From contig OY970303.1 in NCBI GenBank assembly GCA_963716255.1, positions 6,816,001-6,880,000 of the forward strand: DNA of 64,000 nt, in the 5' to 3' direction. The translations under genes were made by a program, and so were the position numbers. The DNA is from an uncultured Gemmatimonadales bacterium. Lineage in GTDB: Bacteria > Gemmatimonadota > Gemmatimonadetes > Longimicrobiales > Longimicrobiaceae. Positions 34,501-44,319 of the stretch are shown here, piece by piece; positions within the stretch are counted from its first letter, which is position 1; each line of letters starts with the position of its first letter. A model generated the notes under the pieces. It searched no databases. It was not told the DNA's origin and saw only the letters and a list, made by a program, of their open reading frames with translations.

Positions 34501-37500
34501 CAGCTTCGACGTGTCCGTCGCCGAGGTCTTCGGCACGCTCTGCTGGGGCGGGAAGCTCGTGCTGGTGGACAACGCGCTCGACCTCCCCTCCGTCGCCGAC
34601 CAGGACGTGCGGCTGGCGGTGATGGTGCCCACCGTGGCGGCGGAGCTGCTGCGCGGCGGCGGCATCCCGCGGAGCGTGCGGGCGTTCAACCTCGCGGGGG
34701 AGGCGCTCACGGCGGAGCTGGCGCGGGCGCTGTACGGACTGGGCCACGTCCAGGCGGTGCGCAACCTCTACGGTCCCACCGAGGACACGACCTACTCCAC
34801 GTGGACGCGGGTCCCGCGGGGGAGCGGATCGGTTCGCATCGGGCGCCCCGTGCCCGGCTCGCGGGCGTACGTGCTGGACGGCCGGCTCCAGCCGCAGCCG
34901 GTCGGCGTTCCCGGCGAGCTGTACCTGGCGGGCGAGGGGCTGGCGCGCGGCTACGCCGGGCAGCCCGGGCTGACGGCCGAGCGCTTCCTCCCGGACCCGT
35001 TCGGGGAGCCGGGGAGCCGCATGTACCGGGTGATGGACCGGGCGCGCTGGCGTCTCGACGGCGAGCTGGAGTACCTGGGGCGGACCGACCACCAGGTGAA
35101 GGTGCGCGGGTTCCGCATCGAGCCGGGGGAGATCGAGGCGGCGCTGCTGCGGGCGCCTGCGGTGCGCGAGGCGGTGGTGCTTGCGCGGGAGGATCGCCCG
35201 GGGGAGCGGCGCCTGGTGGGCTACGTCGTGGCCCCGGGCGGGGACGCGGCCGGGCTGCGGGAGGGTCTTCGCGGGCGGCTCCCGGAATACATGGTGCCGG
35301 CCGCGATCGTGGTGCTGGACACGCTTCCCCTGACTCCCAACGGCAAGCTGGACCGCCGCGCCCTCCCCGCCCCGGACGCCGTGTCGGCGGGGACGTACGT
35401 GGCGCCGCGGACGCCGGCGGAGGAGGTGCTGGCGGGGATCTGGAGTGCTGTTCTGCGGGTGGAGAGGGTGGGGGCCGAGGACGACTTCTTCGGGCTGGGC
35501 GGGCACTCGCTGCTGGGGACGCGGGTGGTGTCGCGGGTGCGGGAGGCGTTCGGGGTGGAGCTTCCGCTGCGGGCGCTCTTCGAGGCGCCCACGGTGGCCG
35601 GGCTGGCGGGGCGCATCGCCCTGCTCCGGGCCGGGGGCGAGGGGATGCAGGCGCCGCCGCTGGTGCCGCTGCCGCGTGGCGGGTCGCCGCTGCCGCTGTC
35701 GTTCGCGCAGCGGCGGCTGTGGTTCATCGACCAGCTGAAGCCCGGCAGCGCCGCCTACAACATGCCCTTCGCGCTGCGGCTGCGGGGCCGCTTCGACCCG
35801 GCCGTGCTGGCGCGGGCGGTCACGGAGATCGTGCGGCGCCACGAGACGCTGCGCACCGTCTTCGCGGTCGTGGACGGCGAGCCGGTGCAGGTGGTCCGGG
35901 TGGCGGCCCCCGTGGCCCTGCCCATCGCGGATCTGTGGCGCCTGCCGGCGGAGTCGCGGGAGAGGGAGGTGGCGCGTCTCGCTTCCGAAGAGGCGGCGCG
36001 GCCGTTCGACCTGGCCGCGGGCCCGCTGCTGCGGGTCGGGGCCGTGCGGCTGGCGGAGGCGGAGTGGGGCGTGCTCTTCACCCTGCACCACATCGTCTCC
36101 GACGGGTGGTCCACCGGCGTGCTGATCCGCGAGATCTCCGAGCTCTACGACGCGCTGGAGACGGGGCGCGAGGCGGAGCTTCCGCCTCTTCCGGTGCAGT
36201 ACGCGGACTACGCCGCCTGGCAGCGCGCCTGGCTCACGGGCGAGACGCTGGAGGCCAGGCTCGCTTTCTGGCGCGAACAGCTGGCCGGCGCTCCGCCGCT
36301 GCTGGAGCTGCCGACGGACCGCCCGCGTCCGCAGGTGCAGGACCCGCGCGGCGCGAGCGTCCGCGTCGCGCTGTCCGCGGAAGTCTCGCGCGGGCTGCGC
36401 GCGCTCTCGCGGCGGGAAGGGGCGACGGCGTTCATGACGCTGCTGGCGGCGTGGCAGCTCCTGCTGTCGCGCTACGCGGGGCAGGAGGACGTCAGCGTGG
36501 GCACGCCCATCGCCGGGCGCACGCGCCTGGAGACGGAGCCGCTGATCGGCTTCTTCGTCAACACCCTGGTCCTGCGCACCGACCTGTCGGGAGATGTCAG
36601 CTTCCGCGAGCTGCTGGGGCGGGTGCGGGAAACGACGCTGGGGGCGTACCAGCACCAGGAGATCCCCTTCGAGAGGCTGGTGGAGGAGCTGGCCCCGGAG
36701 CGCAGCCTGGCCCACACGCCGCTCTTCCAGGTGATGTTCGCCCTGCAGAACAACGAGCGGGGCGGGCTGCGCATGGGCGCGCTGGAGATGGAGCCCCTGG
36801 GGAGCGGCGGGGGAGAGATCGCCAAATTCGACGTGTCGCTCGTCCTGGCGGAGGACGAGCAGGGTTTCGCCGGCTCGCTCGCCTACCGCGCGGAGCTGTG
36901 GGACACGGGGACCATCGCCCGTCTGCTGGACCACTTCGGGCACCTGCTGGAGCAGGTGGCCACGGGCGCGGAGCGCAGGCTCTCGGGGTTGTCGCTCCTG
37001 CGCGGGCCGGAGCGCGCGCGGCTGCTGGCGGCGTCGGTGCCCACCCCGGCCGCGCCTCCCCGGGAGATGCTTCACGAGCAGTTCGCGCGTCAGGCGGAGC
37101 GCACGCCGCACGCGCCGGCCGTCACCATCGGAACGCAGTCGATCCCCTACGCCCGGCTGGACGCCGCGGCCAACCGGCTCGCGCACCACCTGCGCGGGCG
37201 GGGGGTCGGTCCGGAGGCGCGCGTGGGGGTGTGCCTGGACCGCGGACCCGAGATGATCGTCGCGGTGCTCGCCGTGCTCAAGGCCGGCGGCGCCTACGTG
37301 CCGCTGGACCCCGCCTACCCGTCCGAGCGCCTGGCCCGCACCCTGGGCGACTCGGGCGCCCGCGTGCTCGTCACGCGGAGCGCGCCGCCGGAGCTCCTCG
37401 CCGGCTTCGGCGGGGAGGTGGTGCAGCTGGACCGTGACCGGGAGGCGGTCGAGAGCGCGCCGGACGGAGCGCCGCAGAGCGGGGTGGGCCCGCGGAACGC

Positions 37501-39613
37501 GGCGTACGCCATCTACACCTCCGGCTCCACGGGAACGCCCAAGGGAGTGGTGGTGGAGCACGCGAGCCTCGCGGCCACGGTGCTGACCATGCGCGACACC
37601 TTCGGGCTGGGAGCCGGGGAGGTGTTCCTGTCGCTGGCGAGCTTCGCGTTCGACATCTGGGGCTTCGAGGTCTTCGCCCCGCTTCTCGCGGGGGGGACGG
37701 TGCGGCTGGTCGCGCGGGAGGGGGTGCTGGACGTGGAAGGGCTGGTCGCGGAGCTGGGCGAGGTGGATGCGGTGCACGCCGTGCCCGCGCTGATGCACGA
37801 GTTGGTGCAGCGGGTGCAGGCCGGGCCGGGGGTCCTGCCGCGCGTGAGGCACGCGTTCGTGGGCGGCGACGCGGTCCCGCCGGACCTGGCGGCGCGGATG
37901 ACGGCCGTGTTCCCGGGGGCGCGGGTGTGGACGATGTACGGGCCGACGGAGGCCACCATCGTCAGCGCGGCCGTGCCCGCGCGGCCGGAGGATGGCCGCC
38001 GGGGGCACGCGATGGGGCGGGCGCTGCCGGGCGAGGGGACGTACGTGTGCGACGGGGCGGGGAGCCTGCTCCCGGCGGGGGTGGCGGGCGAGCTGTGGAT
38101 CGGCGGCGCGGGGGTGGCGCGGGGGTACCTGGGCCGCGCGGAGCTGACGGCGGAGAAGTTCGTGCCCGACCCGTTCTCGGGGGAGCCGGGAGGGCGGCTG
38201 TACCGCAGCGGGGACCGGGTGCGGTGGACGGGGGAGGGGGAGCTGGAGTACCTGGGGCGCGTGGACCTGCAGGTGAAGCTGCGCGGCTACCGGATCGAGC
38301 TGGGCGAGGTCGAGGCCGTGCTGCGCGGAGCCCCGGGCGTCGCCGACGCGGTGGTGGTGGTGCGCGAGGAGCGCCTGGCCGCCTACCTCGTCGGGCCCGA
38401 GGGGACGACGCCGGTGGTGGCCGGCGTGCGCGAGTACGCCGGATCGCGGCTCCCCGAGTACATGGTGCCGGGCGCCTGGGTGACGCTGGATTCGCTCCCG
38501 CTCAACGCGAACGGCAAGCTGGACCGGCGGGCGCTCCCCGCGCCCGGGCGCGGCGAGGACGCGTACGTGGCGCCGCGCACGCCGGTGGAAGAGCTGCTGG
38601 CGGAGATCTGGGCCGACGTGCTGCGGGTGGAGCGCGTGGGGGTGGAGGACGACTTCTTCCAGCTGGGAGGGCACTCGCTGCTGGCCGTGCGGCTGCTCGC
38701 GAGGGTGGAGGCGCGGACCGGCAGGCGCCCGTCGCTCCCGGCGTTCTTCGCCCGCCCCACCATCGCGCACCTCGCGGCCGCGCTCGGGAGCGTGCGGGGG
38801 GCGCCCGGCGCGGGCCCCCTGGTCCCGATCCGCGCCGGCGGCGGCTCGCGCCCGCTCTTCTTCGTGCACGGCGCCGGCGGGGCCGTACGCTCCTACGGCG
38901 AACTGGCCGCCCACCTCGGGCCCGACCGCCCGCTGTACGGGCTCCAGTCCCGCGGGCTAGACGGCGAGGCGGCGCCCCTCGCCACCCTCGTGGAGATGGC
39001 CGCCGACTACTGCCGCGCCGTGCGGGCCGTGCAGCCGGAAGGCCCGTACCTGCTCGGGGGCTGGTCCATGGGCGGGATGGTCGCCTTCGAGATGGCCCGG
39101 CAGCTCGAGGCCGCCGGCCAGCGTGTCGAGCGGCTCGTGCTGGTGGACACCCCCCCGCCGGGGACGAAGCCCGCCGGAACCGACGGCGACGCCGCGCTCC
39201 TCGCCGGCTTCGCGCGCCACCTGGAGATCCCGCTGGAGCGGATCGCCGTCTCGCAGGAGGAGCTGCTGGCGCTCGCCCCCGCGGAGCGGCTGCAGCGGGC
39301 GTGGGAGGTCGCGCGGGACGCGGGGGTGGTCCCGTCCGACGTGGACCTTGCCCACTTCCGCCCGCTGTGGGAGGTGTTCCGGGCCAACGACGGGGCGATC
39401 CGGGAGTATGCCGGGGGCACCTGCGCGGCCGACCTCCTCCTCCTGCGGGCCGCAGGGCGGGCACCCGGCGCGCCGGGAGAGATCGAGGAGTGGGCGGGGC
39501 TCACGTCCGGACGCACGGACGCGCGGACGGTGCCCGGGGACCACTTCAGCATGATGCGAGAGCCGTACGTCCGGGCGCTCGCGGCCGAGCTGTCGAAGTT
39601 CCTGGGCGGGTAA
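16535..39613 (+). CDS. Hybrid NRPS/PKS subunit 3 (about 7692 aa): (C-A-T)x3 - KS-AT-ACP - (C-A-T)x3 - TE
   Basis: ATG at 16535 (MSDQPTAG...) is in frame with track ORF 14951..39613. It encodes six HHxxxDG C domains, six A domains, KS ([22 protein letters not shown]), AT (GHSLGE, HAFHS), seven GGHSL carrier motifs and a TE (GWSMGG...GDH). Confidence 0.97.
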   Translation: MSDQPTAGSADALGHLSSATRQALLQSILRERSVPVLEKIPRRPTPGPAPLSFAQQRLWLVDRLEPGSPAYNMPYALRLRGVLDPAALRASLDALVRRHEALRTTFAEQGDGPVQVVHPPAPVALAELDLRRLPDAGREAARLVEEESLRPFDLERGPLLRSTLLRLGEADHVLLFTLHHVVSDGWSRGVLVREVSALYGAFSRGEEPRLPELPVQYADFAVWQRGWLSGARLEGHVGYWKEKLGGAPPLLEIPTDHPRAPGRSQLAGSHRFALPAAVAQGLRELSEREGTTLFMTLLAGWQALLGRHAGQEDVVVGSAIAGRTRRETEGLIGFFVNLLALRVDLAGDPTLSEVLRRVRETALGAYAHQDLPFERLVEELGVERSLTHPPVFQATFALQTAGGTGERPVLGEMEVEPFGADEVAAKFDLDLVVIDSGERMDGVLVYREALFEAATAARLAGHLETVLEAMAADPGRRLSELSLLRGAERARVLEAWNATSTELPRALVHELVAEQARRAPGAAAVVARGGSLNYAELQRRADRLARSLRALGVGPETCVGLCVGRSPGMVVGVLGILGAGGVYVPLDPAYPAERLAWMAADSGAAVLVVESTAPDVLPAFAGPRLVLDAEGEGDSGEGEAPPVTGLSPDNAAYVIYTSGSTGRPKGVVVTHAGAANLLSATVRTLGATPRSSLLQTLSPAFDASLLEIFVALLAGAALHLVERETVLSPERLGALLREREVDVLLSSPALLDSLPEAEYPALRAIGVGGERLPGDTAARWSRGRRLVNMYGPTETTITATEHLCEPGAGEAPPIGRPVANARVYVLDAWGEAAPVGVPGELWVGGAGVSRGYLGRPGLTAETFVPDPFGAAGGRLYRTGDRVRWLARGELEFLGRIDAQVKVRGFRIEPGEVEAALLGAPGVGEAAVVVREDVPGRRRLVGYVVPADGAGLESAGVRAHLAARLPEHMVPAAFVVLDALPRTPNGKTDRRALPAPEGGSGAGVEHVAPATAVEEVLAGIWAAVLGIDRVGVRDDFFELGGHSLLATQVVSRVRQALGVEVPLRAVFEAPTVAELAPRVEALRADGGPAADPIVRVPREEAPPLSFAQQRLWVVDRIEPGSPAYNMPSALRLRGALDAAALRASIGELARRHEALRTTLQERGGAPVQVVHPHAPAALPVVDLARLPAGARAPEAERLADAEALRPFDLARGPLLRSALLRLDEDDHVLLFTLHHVAGDGWSMQVLVREVSALYGAFSRGDSSPLPELPVQYADFAVWQRGWLSGPVLEAHLSYWKTRLADAPPLLEIPTDHPRGAGRGARAGTHAFALPAGLSRGLRERARQEGATLFMTLLAGWQALLARYSGQDDVVVGSPIAGRTRAETEGLIGFFANMLPLRADLSGDPTWRELLGRVRETALGAYAHQELSFERLVEELAVERSLTHTPVFQATFALNRPGEEEAPSLGGLALEPFGGGARVAKFDLGLVAEDGEAALAATLDYRVALFEAATIARMAGHLEAVLEALAGEPERRLSELSLLGGAERARVLEAWNATEADLPRACVHELFAEQARRTPDAAAVVHEGRTLTYGELERSANRLAHSLRRLGVGPEACVGLCARRSPGMVAGLLGILAAGGVYVPLDPAYPAERLEFMAADSGAAVLLVDSAAPDVLPAFAGARLVLDDFGREADSAEDGAPPASGVSPENAAYVIYTSGSTGRPKGVVVTHAGAANLLPRAGRSFGAAPGGRVLQTASLSFDASVLEIFVALLSGAALHVADREAVLAPERLAALLREREIDVWVSTPALLDTLPDTDFPLLRTISAGGERCSGETAARWSQGRRLVNMYGPTEITIFATMHECAPGAAEAPPIGRPVPNARVYVLDAWGEPAPPGMPGELYVGGAGVARGYLGRPELTAEKFVPDPFGGGGARLYRTGDRARWNGRGELEFLGRIDAQVKLRGFRIEPGEVEAALLEAPEVREAVVVVREDAPGRARLVAYVVAADGAEPAAGELRARISARLPEHMVPGAFVVLEQLPLTVAGKIDRRGLPAPEPVAGAEHAAPRTATEEVLAGIWAEVLGVERVGVEAGFFELGGHSLLAAQVVSRARQAFGVEVPLRTLFEAPTVAALAGRVDALRSEGGAAAPPVAPVPRAGPLPLSFAQQRLWVVDRIEPGSAAYNMPFALRLRGALDAAALRASIGELARRHEVLRTVFEERGGAPAQVVRPAAAGALPALDLGALPEARREAEAKRLAGAEALRPFDLARGPLLRSTLLRLGADDHVLLFTLHHVAGDGWSMQVLVREVSALYGAFSRGEASPLPELPVQYADFAVWQRGWLAGETLQAQVAFWKDELAGAPPLLEVPTDHPRRVGQSARAGSHAFTLAPGAARELRALARREGATLFMTVLAGWQALLGRWAAQDDVVVGTPVAGRTRRELEGLIGFFVNMLVLRADLGGDPTWRELLGRVRETALGAYSHQELPFERLVEELAVERSLTHTPLFQAAFALSHADPAGELSPLGAVEMEAFRGGEGVAKFDLDLSVSDDGTALHGTLTYRAALFEPATIARMMGHFEALLEAMAAGPARRLSELSLLRGAERVQVLEAWNATAAGFPRERCVHELFAEQAARTPGAVAIAAGGDVLTYAELERRSGRVARRLSGLGVGPEDRVGLCVERGAEMVVALLGILRAGGAYLPLDPTHPPDRLAYMLDDSGASVLLTQEGLAGLFQGFAGEIVALDGTPLPPAPSPARGEGEHDVAVDPQNAAYVIYTSGSTGRPKGVAVPHRAVVNFLESMRAAPGLAAGDTLLAVTTLAFDIAGLELLLPLTTGARVAVASRETAADGARLGEMIAASGATVVQATPATWRMLLEAGWVGRPGLKVLCGGEALPRELADRLAARCGELWNLYGPTETTIWSTAVRVEPGEGAVPIGRPIANTRVYLLDRALEPVPAGLAGELYVGGEGVARGYLGRAGLTAAAFVPDAFGGEPGARMYRTGDRARWRPDGTLEYLGRTDYQVKLRGFRIELGEVEAALRAQDAVAQAVAVVLERAPGDQLLVGYVVADGGPAPTPAELRAGLRERLPEHMVPGAFVVLDRLPLTANGKLDRRALPAPERAGGGREGGAPATPTERAVAAIWEEVLGVSDVGVGDNVFDLGGHSLLLVQVHSRLQARFGGRVELIELFEHRTLGALAAHLDRRGAARAARGPAPAARAAARRRAPGRPQGGSDVAVIGMAGRFPGAADLDEFWRNLRAGVRSVRRFSDEELRASGVPRRDRESPGYVPAGGDLEGVEMFDPAFFDVTPREALVMNPQKRVFLECAWEALERAGYHSGRIGVFASEANNQYLFNVLSEPGLVAAVGAPQVMNSNTVAVSTLASFKLDLEGPSLNVQTACSSSLVAVHLACRSLLDGESDVALAGGVRVGVPRHEGYHYVPGGIASPTGECNPFDADARGTVGGSGVGLVVLKRLDDALADGDRVLAVIRGSAMNNDGARKVGFTAPRREGQAAAISEALEAAGVEPASVSYVEAHGSGTEMGDPIEVAALTTVFGEGRPGTVALGAVKSSVGHLDAAAGIVGLIKTILALENGEIPPAPYFRAPNPRIPFDRSPFFVDPELRPWPRGAGPRRAGVSSFGIGGTNVHVVLEEAPPQEPSGPSRPWQLLVLSARTPAALEAATDRLAAHLREHPEQPFADAAHTLRAGRRRFERRRVLVCRGRGDAVAALESRDARRVLEATQERDERPVAFLFPGVGDHYAQMARGLYEAEPVFRAEVDRCARVLLDHTGDDVRDTLFPGDPAPEQAAGGDGVAGASVDLRGMLGRGAAAADPLGRTERAHPAVFVVEYALARTWMSWGVLPEAMIGHSLGEYVAATVAGVFSLEDALALMAERARLISELPAGAMLAVPLDPAAARARLRGALALAAHNAPGLCTVSGPPEEVAALEAELLGEGVACRRLAAGHAFHSAAMEPVAGRLAERLRAMRLRAPEVPFVSNVTGTWIRPEEATDPEYWGRHLCGTVRFAEGMAELLREGSPVLLEVGPGRTLGTFALHGGAAEATVHASLRHAYTRQPDQAYLLETLGRLWMAGVPVDWDGFVAGERRRRTLLPTYPFERQAYWVDRRRRRRARRKGGEAPGRPRPGSPGADGGTSPSPAGVGVGRLAALRPRPETGTRYVAPAGAVEERMAALWRDLLGFERIGAHDDFFSLGGHSLMATHLAARIQAEFHADLSLDAVFEAPTVAGMAARVEELRAGEEPRAAPIRPAPRTGPLPLSFAQQRLWLVDRLEPGTPVYNMPFALRLRGALDVRVLRASIGELVRRHEALRTVFREAAGAGGEPVQVIRAPAPVPLAAVDLRGVAGAEREARRLAGAEALRPFDLARGPLLRCTLLRLGDADHVLCFTLHHIVGDGWSTQVLVREVSALYTAFSRGASSPLPELPVQYADYAVWQRERLGGGVLEEQVGYWREALRGAPPLLELPTDRPRDAEQDARGGNRRFALSPATSRGLRALSRRERATLFMTVLAGWQALLGRWAGTDDVVVGTPIAGRTRHEVEGLIGFFVNTLALRADLGGDPTWAGLLGRVRETALGAYAHQEVPFERLVEELVVERSLTHTPLFQVAFALHEDAGRGDPLPLGELELAPFGGDGTVAMFDLELTVTDGGDALEGSLGYRAALFDADTAARMAGHLEVLLDAMAARPELRLGEVPMLREAERVQVLETWNATGAPYAAGGGLAALFGAQAARTPDAPALVFGERSLTYAELERESGRLAQRLRALGAGPDARVGLCVERSLEMAVGVLATLRAGAAYVPLDPAYPAERLAYMLADSACAVLLTQERLRDTLPAFGGEIVTLDTPHPPAPSPTRGEGEHDSPSPESLAYVIYTSGSTGRPKGVAMTQRPLLNLLAWQLREWSGRPAARTLQYASVSFDVSFQEMFSTWATGGALVVVPEETRGDMAALARLVERERIERVFLPFVALQHLAEAALEQGIRPAGLRELVTAGEQLRVTGPIRGWLAALPGCELVNQYGPSETHVVSSLKLAGEPAGWPALPGIGAPISNTRLYVLDPSLQPLPPGVPGELYVGGDSLARGYLGRPGMTADRFVPDPFGAGSGGRLYRTGDRARWLAGGGVEFLGRVDQQVKVRGFRIEPGEVEAALESHPAVRQALVHVWEESPGDRRLVGYVVPEPEAGAPDASGLRSFLGERLPEYMLPSAFVVLERLPLTPSGKIDRRGLPAPGARRGTPYAAPRVPAEDMLCGIFLDVLGSRRAAPLDRVGIGDDFFGLGGHSLLATQVISRVREAFGVELPLRALFEAPTVAGLAGRIGLLRAGDAGMQAPPLVPQPRDGSALPLSFAQRRLWFIDQLEPGSAAYNMPFALRLRGRFDPAVLARAVTEIVRRHETLRTVFAVVDGEPVQVVRVAAPVALPVTDLRSLPAESREREVARLTSEEAVRPFDLAAGPLLRVGAVRLAEAEWGMLFTLHHIVSDGWSTGVLIREVSELYDALETGREAELPPLPVQYADYAAWQRGWLTGETLEAKLGFWRDQLAGAPPLLELPTDRPRPQVQDPRGASVRVALSEEVSRGLRALSRREGATAFMTLLAAWQLLLSRYAGQEDVSVGTPIAGRTRLETETLIGFFVNTLVLRTDLSGDVGFRELLGRVRETTLGAYQHQEIPFERLVEELAPERSLAHTPLFQVMFALQNDDQGGPRMGALEMGPLGSGGGEIVKFDLMLDLAEGDRGFAGSLSFRAELWERATMERMAGHFARLVEAVVMDPDRPAAGVAYVADEERARVLAEWGATGHEYAGGACIHDLFAAQARRTPHAVAVVHRGGALTYAELDRASNRLAHALRGRGVGPESRVGVCLRRRPAALAALLGVLKAGGAYVPLDPELPAERIRLMLEDAGARHAVVESGLAGHFPAGVDVLALDAAADSVTGGPEDAPETGVAPDNLAYVIFTSGSTGRPKGVAIQHRGTAVFLHFMRDLVPAGERESVLGATSFSFDVSVAEVFGTLCWGGKLVLVDNALDLPSVADQDVRLAVMVPTVAAELLRGGGIPRSVRAFNLAGEALTAELARALYGLGHVQAVRNLYGPTEDTTYSTWTRVPRGSGSVRIGRPVPGSRAYVLDGRLQPQPVGVPGELYLAGEGLARGYAGQPGLTAERFLPDPFGEPGSRMYRVMDRARWRLDGELEYLGRTDHQVKVRGFRIEPGEIEAALLRAPAVREAVVLAREDRPGERRLVGYVVAPGGDAAGLREGLRGRLPEYMVPAAIVVLDTLPLTPNGKLDRRALPAPDAVSAGTYVAPRTPAEEVLAGIWSAVLRVERVGAEDDFFGLGGHSLLGTRVVSRVREAFGVELPLRALFEAPTVAGLAGRIALLRAGGEGMQAPPLVPLPRGGSPLPLSFAQRRLWFIDQLKPGSAAYNMPFALRLRGRFDPAVLARAVTEIVRRHETLRTVFAVVDGEPVQVVRVAAPVALPIADLWRLPAESREREVARLASEEAARPFDLAAGPLLRVGAVRLAEAEWGVLFTLHHIVSDGWSTGVLIREISELYDALETGREAELPPLPVQYADYAAWQRAWLTGETLEARLAFWREQLAGAPPLLELPTDRPRPQVQDPRGASVRVALSAEVSRGLRALSRREGATAFMTLLAAWQLLLSRYAGQEDVSVGTPIAGRTRLETEPLIGFFVNTLVLRTDLSGDVSFRELLGRVRETTLGAYQHQEIPFERLVEELAPERSLAHTPLFQVMFALQNNERGGLRMGALEMEPLGSGGGEIAKFDVSLVLAEDEQGFAGSLAYRAELWDTGTIARLLDHFGHLLEQVATGAERRLSGLSLLRGPERARLLAASVPTPAAPPREMLHEQFARQAERTPHAPAVTIGTQSIPYARLDAAANRLAHHLRGRGVGPEARVGVCLDRGPEMIVAVLAVLKAGGAYVPLDPAYPSERLARTLGDSGARVLVTRSAPPELLAGFGGEVVQLDRDREAVESAPDGAPQSGVGPRNAAYAIYTSGSTGTPKGVVVEHASLAATVLTMRDTFGLGAGEVFLSLASFAFDIWGFEVFAPLLAGGTVRLVAREGVLDVEGLVAELGEVDAVHAVPALMHELVQRVQAGPGVLPRVRHAFVGGDAVPPDLAARMTAVFPGARVWTMYGPTEATIVSAAVPARPEDGRRGHAMGRALPGEGTYVCDGAGSLLPAGVAGELWIGGAGVARGYLGRAELTAEKFVPDPFSGEPGGRLYRSGDRVRWTGEGELEYLGRVDLQVKLRGYRIELGEVEAVLRGAPGVADAVVVVREERLAAYLVGPEGTTPVVAGVREYAGSRLPEYMVPGAWVTLDSLPLNANGKLDRRALPAPGRGEDAYVAPRTPVEELLAEIWADVLRVERVGVEDDFFQLGGHSLLAVRLLARVEARTGRRPSLPAFFARPTIAHLAAALGSVRGAPGAGPLVPIRAGGGSRPLFFVHGAGGAVRSYGELAAHLGPDRPLYGLQSRGLDGEAAPLATLVEMAADYCRAVRAVQPEGPYLLGGWSMGGMVAFEMARQLEAAGQRVERLVLVDTPPPGTKPAGTDGDAALLAGFARHLEIPLERIAVSQEELLALAPAERLQRAWEVARDAGVVPSDVDLAHFRPLWEVFRANDGAIREYAGGTCAADLLLLRAAGRAPGAPGEIEEWAGLTSGRTDARTVPGDHFSMMREPYVRALAAELSKFLGG
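24744..24790. repeat. REP-like palindromic element inside NRPS coding sequence (copy 1)
   Basis: CCCCCTCCCCCCGGCACCCTCCCCC-GCAAG-GGGGGAGGGGGAGCAC forms a hairpin and is read in frame as [16 protein letters not shown]. Confidence 0.7.
26200..29260 (+). other. Type I PKS module KS-AT-ACP with no KR/DH/ER (approximate boundaries)
   Basis: The KS catalytic Cys/His/His residues are intact. The AT has the GHSxG serine and the HAFH malonyl-type motif. The ACP follows the PTYPFER linker directly, with no Rossmann GxGxxG KR motif in between. Confidence 0.9.
31067..31114. repeat. REP-like palindromic element inside NRPS coding sequence (copy 2)
   Basis: ACCCCTCACCCCCCGG-CCCCCTCTCCC-ACAAG-GGGAGAGGGGG-AGCAC contains a perfect 11-bp stem and is read in frame as [16 protein letters not shown]. 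Confidence 0.75.
32395..33690 (+). repeat. Tandem duplicated T-linker-C domain (partner at 35539-36834)
   Basis: The copies are collinear at an offset of 3144 nt (one module length), with long identical DNA stretches. Confidence 0.9.
33520..35144 (+). repeat. Duplicated C-end/A-domain segment (partner at 1-1625)
   Basis: The copies are collinear at an offset of 33519 nt at both ends checked. Both share the [15 protein letters not shown] pocket and the unusual YRVMD motif. Confidence 0.85.
37000..38223 (+). repeat. Near-identical A-domain duplicate (copy B; partner at 7915-9138)
   Basis: Same alignment as copy A, at an offset of 29085 nt. Confidence 0.9.
38820..39610 (+). other. Terminal type I thioesterase domain (approximate boundaries)
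   Basis: [22 protein letters not shown] (GxSxG) and VPGDHFSM occur at the C-terminus of subunit 3. Confidence 0.92.
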
Positions 39614-39628
39614 GGGCGGGCCGGAGGG

Positions 39629-39654
39629 GGAGCGCGCCCGCCAGGACGCGCTCC
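39629..39654. terminator. Hairpin between the convergent NRPS 3 and kinase genes, possibly a bidirectional terminator
   Basis: GGAGCGCG-CCCGCCAGGA-CGCGCTCC gives an 8-bp stem in the 52-nt gap. There is no U-tract. Confidence 0.4.
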
Positions 39655-39665
39655 TGGACCCGTCG

Positions 39666-40832
39666 TCAGCGGCCCGGAAACACCCGCGGCGCGGCGTCGA
39701 TGACCCCCAGGTAGCGCTCGCAGAAGCCGGCGAGCCCCGGGAGCACGCCCGGCGGGAGGAGCTGGTGCAGGCGGTGGAGGATGCCGTTCACGTTCTGCGG
39801 CACCGTGCCCACCAGCCGCCGGTCCGGCTCCAGGTGCGCCAGGCGCCCCGCCAGCGTCACCGCGTGGAAGGCCAGGGCGAGCGCCACCGAGCGGTCCCAC
39901 GCGGCATCGTCCACCACGGGCCCGCCCGCCCCGGCGAGCGCCGCGCGGTACTCGGCCGCCAGGTCCGGCTCGAACCCGGGGACGTTCCACAGGTACACCC
40001 CGTCGTCCAGGCTCAGCTCGAACTTGCCCAGCATGGCCTTGCACAGGTCCAGCGGCGCCGGTCCCCAGCGGGCGTACTCGTAGTCCAGCAGGAACAGCTC
40101 GTCGCCCACCTCGAAGGTCTGGCGCGCGTTCCCCAGGTCCTCGTGCAGGAACGCCCGCAGCGGGCCCTCGCACGCCGCGACCAGGGCGCGCGCCTCGTCC
40201 AGCTCCGCGTCGTCGGGCGGCGGCACGCCGCGGCTCCGCGCGGCGCGCGCCAGGAAGGCGCGCCCCTCGTCGAAGCGCCACGCCTGCGCCGGCCCCCCGT
40301 AGCGCCGCCGGTCGGCCTCGGGGCCGCCCAGCCCCATCTCCCGCCGCAGCTCCAGCCAGCGTTCCTCGCGGCCGCGGGTGGCCGCGTGCTGCGCCGCCAG
40401 CGCCCGCGCCAGCCGCCGCGTCACCCACCCGAAGGTGCGCATCTCGGCGTGCTGCACGTCGCCCAGGTCCTCCAGCACGAAGAAGCCGTCCGCCTCCCAC
40501 GCCAGCAGGCGCGGGCGGAAGGGGCGCGGGGGCGGGCACTCCTCCATGAAGCGCTGCGCCAGCAGCTCGTGCGCGAACTCCACGTGCTCGCCGGCCAGGT
40601 CGCCGGCCGGCCACGTTTCCAGCGGCACGTGCTTCACGAACACCGACGCGGGCCCCGGCCCGGAGAGCCCGGCCCGGAGCGAAACGGACGCGCGCCGGGA
40701 GATGGGATGAACCGACTCCACCCGCACCTCGCCGCCGAACGCGGCCGAGAGCGCCGCCTCGACGCGCGCGCGGATGGGCTCCGGCAGCGCCGCCCCGGGC
40801 GCCACCGCGGGGGAGGGAAGGACGTCGGTCAT
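39666..40832 (-). CDS. Aminoglycoside-phosphotransferase/choline-kinase-like protein (388 aa)
   Basis: ATG at 40832 overlaps the upstream TGA (ATGA). Kinase-fold motifs are VFVK, FVLEDLG, AFLHEDLGN (HxD catalytic loop) and LLDYEYA. Confidence 0.75.
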   Translation of the reverse strand: MTDVLPSPAVAPGAALPEPIRARVEAALSAAFGGEVRVESVHPISRRASVSLRAGLSGPGPASVFVKHVPLETWPAGDLAGEHVEFAHELLAQRFMEECPPPRPFRPRLLAWEADGFFVLEDLGDVQHAEMRTFGWVTRRLARALAAQHAATRGREERWLELRREMGLGGPEADRRRYGGPAQAWRFDEGRAFLARAARSRGVPPPDDAELDEARALVAACEGPLRAFLHEDLGNARQTFEVGDELFLLDYEYARWGPAPLDLCKAMLGKFELSLDDGVYLWNVPGFEPDLAAEYRAALAGAGGPVVDDAAWDRSVALALAFHAVTLAGRLAHLEPDRRLVGTVPQNVNGILHRLHQLLPPGVLPGLAGFCERYLGVIDAAPRVFPGR

Positions 40833-42574
40833 GCGTGCGCCGGGTCCAGGAGCATCATGTAACAGAGCGCGTACCAGGCCGGGCGGATGGAGCCCGAGCT
40901 GGGTCCGGTGAACTGCGACGAGTAGTCCACGTTCACGGTGTGGCTGTGGTCTCCGTCGTCCTGGAGCCGCTGCGTCGGCTGGCTCCCCGAGTCGATCCCC
41001 GCCCACTTGCCGCACGAGAGGCCGCGCCCGTACCACGCCGTCGGCACCCCGTGGCTGTGCCGGCCGGCCGTTTCCAGGGTGGCCGTCACCTTCATCGCGC
41101 CCAGCGGGTGCGTGTGCGTGGGCGCGCGGTCCGAGGCGCCGTGCGCGAAGGTGCTCCCGGACCCCACCACGAACACGTCGCGCAGGTCGGGCGTCCCGCG
41201 CGTCCCGTCGCACAGCCCCCACCCGGCGGGGATGTCCGCCGCCGCGCCGCTCCACAGCGCGATGCTCCCCACCGGCGTCCACCGCGAGGTGAGGTCCGGG
41301 GTCATGGTGAGCACGGCCGTGCTCGTCTTCAGGGCGCCGGTGATGGTGTCGTACGCGGTGAGCACGAAGGTGCGGGTGGTGTCCGCCTCCACCACGGCCG
41401 TCCCCGTCCCCGGGAGCGGGCCGTTCTGCGGCGTGGCGACCTCGTCCACCTGCACCAGGGTGGAGTTGTGCACCTTCCAGCTGAGCGTCGCCTGCTGCGC
41501 CGCATATCCCGAGACGACGATCTGGTCGGGCATCGCCGTCATGTACTCGATGGACAGCACCGCGTACTCCTTGTCCAGCAGCACCGCCGCGAAGCCGTCG
41601 TCGTACCCCGGGACGTTGGCGTACTGCACGTACATGAGCGTGGGGCCGCTCACGAACTGCGTCACCAGCCCGCCCAGCTCGAACTGCGCGATCCCCTGCG
41701 CCCCCACCCCCAGGATCTGGTGGTTGGAGGCCTGCGGGGTCATGGCCCAGCGCCGCGGCGTCCCCGGCAGCGCCGCGAAGTCCCACCCCTGCGTCCCGGC
41801 GACGATGCCGGGCGTGACGCTTTCCAGCAGCGTGGGCGTGGTGAGCGCGAAGTACCCCGGCATCTCGGTGGCGGGAACGAACGACACCGTGAACTGCGGC
41901 GGGCTGCTCCCCCACGGGGTGCTGGGCGGCACGATGGGGTAGGTGGCGCTCTTGTTGTAGAGGGTGACCTGGATCCGGTTGGGGTACGGCTCGTCGGGGC
42001 GCTTGGTGATCCCCACGTAGTTGATGCGCGGGCTCTTGGGGTCGAAGCTGCTGGTGGCGTTCACCGCCACGTCCACCCCCAGCGTCTGCAGCAGGTCCTT
42101 GTGCTGCGACGGCGGGTTCGACACCACCAGCGTGGGGGTGTAGTTGCTGAGGCCGTTCGCGCCCGCGTTGTACAGGTTCAGCGTCAGGTAGTAGCTCCCC
42201 GTGCCGATGGTGGGCGTGAGGCTCCCCACCACCACCTGCAGCGTGTCCATGGACGCCCAGGCGTACGACGCGTCCGGAGCCAGCGCCCACACCGGGAACT
42301 GGGGGTCGGGAAAGTACTGCGCCGTCCACCCCGCGGCCGTCACCGTGAGCCCCGCCTGCTGCGACGGGTCGGCGAAGAGCGAGGAAAGGTCCAGCGCCAG
42401 CCCCGTGGCCCCGCCCGGCGGGGGCGGGTTGGCCGGGGCGCCGCCGGTCATCTGCAGCGCGCCGCCGGTCTGGTTCTGCAGCGTCAGGTACAGCTCGTTC
42501 GCCTGGGACAGGTACACCTGCGACGAGCCGTCGAGGCCGTTGGCGGCCGTGATCTGGATCTTCAGCTGGGCCAT
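40829..42574 (-). CDS. Beta-rich protein with C-terminal phage tail-collar/His-x-His fibre-like domain, paralog B (581 aa)
   Basis: ATG at 42574 is preceded by a GAGGGG RBS. The C-terminus reads PVGSIALWSG..IPAGWGLCDGTRGTPDLRDVFVVG..THTH..HSH..HSH..RPAWYALCYMM. Confidence 0.8.
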   Translation of the reverse strand: MAQLKIQITAANGLDGSSQVYLSQANELYLTLQNQTGGALQMTGGAPANPPPPGGATGLALDLSSLFADPSQQAGLTVTAAGWTAQYFPDPQFPVWALAPDASYAWASMDTLQVVVGSLTPTIGTGSYYLTLNLYNAGANGLSNYTPTLVVSNPPSQHKDLLQTLGVDVAVNATSSFDPKSPRINYVGITKRPDEPYPNRIQVTLYNKSATYPIVPPSTPWGSSPPQFTVSFVPATEMPGYFALTTPTLLESVTPGIVAGTQGWDFAALPGTPRRWAMTPQASNHQILGVGAQGIAQFELGGLVTQFVSGPTLMYVQYANVPGYDDGFAAVLLDKEYAVLSIEYMTAMPDQIVVSGYAAQQATLSWKVHNSTLVQVDEVATPQNGPLPGTGTAVVEADTTRTFVLTAYDTITGALKTSTAVLTMTPDLTSRWTPVGSIALWSGAAADIPAGWGLCDGTRGTPDLRDVFVVGSGSTFAHGASDRAPTHTHPLGAMKVTATLETAGRHSHGVPTAWYGRGLSCGKWAGIDSGSQPTQRLQDDGDHSHTVNVDYSSQFTGPSSGSIRPAWYALCYMMLLDPAHA

Positions 42575-42585
42575 GTCGCCCCCCC

Positions 42586-44319
42586 TCAGACGCCCAGCTT
42601 CATCAGGTACGCCAGCGCGTACCACGGCGGACGGAACGCCTGGTCGTTGGGTCCGCTGGTGAACGCCGGGATCGCCACCGTCACCTGGTGCGTGTGCAGG
42701 CCGTCGCTCTGGCTGCGCGTGCTCCGCGGGTCGGTCCCCCCGGAGTCGATCCCCGCCCACTTGCCGCAGCTCAGGTTGCGCTTGTACCAGGCCGAGGGCA
42801 TCAGGTGAGAGTGCTGCCCGTCCTGCGACGAGGTGAACGCCTGCGACGGCGGGGCCACCGGGTGGGTGTGCGTGGTGGCGTCGCCCCACGTGTTGGGCTG
42901 GTCGCCCCCGCCTGCGCCCAGGATGAAGCGGTCGCGCAGGTTGGGGGTGCCGTGCGTCCCGTCGCAGGGCCACCATCCCGCGGGGACGGCCGTGGGGTCG
43001 AGCGACCCGCTCCACAGCACGATGGTCCCCTGGGGGATCACCCGCGTGAGGAGGTCGGGCTGCACCGTGACCGTGGCCGAGGCCGACTTGGCCGCGGCCA
43101 GCGAGGGGGCGAAGGCGGTGAGGGTGAACACCGTGGTCTGCGACACCTGCACCGCCTGCGAGCCCGCGAGCGTGGTGGTGGCGCCGATGCTGCTGATGGT
43201 CACGTACCCCGCGTTCCGCACGTCCCACGCGAGGGTCACGGTGGAGGGCGCGGCGATGTTGTCCAGGATGACGGACCCGGCGTTGTTCACCGTGAACGCG
43301 GCGATGGTGATCCCGCCGTCGTCGCCGTCGCCCTCGTCCAGCGCCGCGTTCTCGTCGTAGGCCCGCATGTAGCGGCCCTGCGGCACCGCCTGCGCGGTGA
43401 GCACCTGGTAGCCGTCCGCGGTTCCCGCCGGGTTCAGGAAGTACACGATGACCTGCGCCTGTCCCGGCTCGGCCGCGTACACGTCGCTGAGCTTCAGCTG
43501 CACGTCGGACGCGGCGGCGGGGCGGGTGGGATCGTAGTCCAGCCGCCACACCGGGTACGCCGTGGTCTCCACCGTGGTCACCGCCCAGGGCTGGTTGTCC
43601 GGCACCGATGCCTGGATGGCGGCTGCCGCCTCGGGCGGCGTCAGCGCGCGGAACTCGGGGGAGTAGCCGTCGCTCAGCGTGACGAAGAAGCGCGGCGACC
43701 CGCCGCCCTCGCCCGAGGGGCGGATGAACTGCGCGGAGCTGCCGATCACCAGCTTCAGCACGCCGCCGCCGTCGTCCGTGAGCGTGCCGCCGACGGGAAC
43801 CACGGGCGCGTACTTCCAGGTGGCCGCGAGGTCGTTGGGCGCCCCCCCGGCCCGCAGCCTGAGCAGCGCCGACTGCAGCTCGCGCGAAAGGCCGCCCTCC
43901 ACGTTCTCCAGCCGCACCGTCACCGTTCCCATCCCCGCCTCGCCCGTGGCGGCGACGGAGGGAAAGCGCAGGTCCAGGAAGTCGTCGGAGAACCAGCTCC
44001 AGTAGCGGGCCGTCTGCCTCCAGGCGAACACGCCCGGGGCGGTCCCCTCCTCCAGCTCCCACCCGGGAAGGGCGGCGGGGGGCTCGGCGAACTCCAGGTG
44101 GCCGGCGGCGGAAAAGTCCGCCACGATGCGGGCCCGCGCCCGCGGGTTCTCGGCGCGCTGGGTGAGGAACGAGTCCCAGCCGTCGTTCACCAGGCGGAGC
44201 AGGAGGGGCCCGGGACGTCCCAGCCAGAGGAAGTTCAGGCGCTCGGCGTTCTGCAGCGAGGCGAAGAAGGAAAGCTTCTTGGGGTCGCCGGGCTGCGCGG
44301 TCTGTGGCTTCTTTCTCAT
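42586..44319 (-). CDS. Beta-rich protein with C-terminal phage tail-collar/His-x-His fibre-like domain, paralog A (577 aa)
   Basis: ATG at 44319 forms an ATGA overlap with the upstream stop. The C-terminus reads IPQGTIVLWSG..VPAGWWPCDGTHGTPNLRDRFILGAG..THTH..HSH..HTH..RPPWYALAYLMKL. Confidence 0.8.
   Translation of the reverse strand: MRKKPQTAQPGDPKKLSFFASLQNAERLNFLWLGRPGPLLLRLVNDGWDSFLTQRAENPRARARIVADFSAAGHLEFAEPPAALPGWELEEGTAPGVFAWRQTARYWSWFSDDFLDLRFPSVAATGEAGMGTVTVRLENVEGGLSRELQSALLRLRAGGAPNDLAATWKYAPVVPVGGTLTDDGGGVLKLVIGSSAQFIRPSGEGGGSPRFFVTLSDGYSPEFRALTPPEAAAAIQASVPDNQPWAVTTVETTAYPVWRLDYDPTRPAAASDVQLKLSDVYAAEPGQAQVIVYFLNPAGTADGYQVLTAQAVPQGRYMRAYDENAALDEGDGDDGGITIAAFTVNNAGSVILDNIAAPSTVTLAWDVRNAGYVTISSIGATTTLAGSQAVQVSQTTVFTLTAFAPSLAAAKSASATVTVQPDLLTRVIPQGTIVLWSGSLDPTAVPAGWWPCDGTHGTPNLRDRFILGAGGGDQPNTWGDATTHTHPVAPPSQAFTSSQDGQHSHLMPSAWYKRNLSCGKWAGIDSGGTDPRSTRSQSDGLHTHQVTVAIPAFTSGPNDQAFRPPWYALAYLMKLGV

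Noticed and set aside
18205..37437. 6410-aa and 2713-aa (211..8352) same-strand alternative-frame ORFs
   Set aside because: Their Gly/Arg/Ala-rich translations reflect the scarcity of stop codons at very high GC, and they overlap the motif-bearing NRPS frame.
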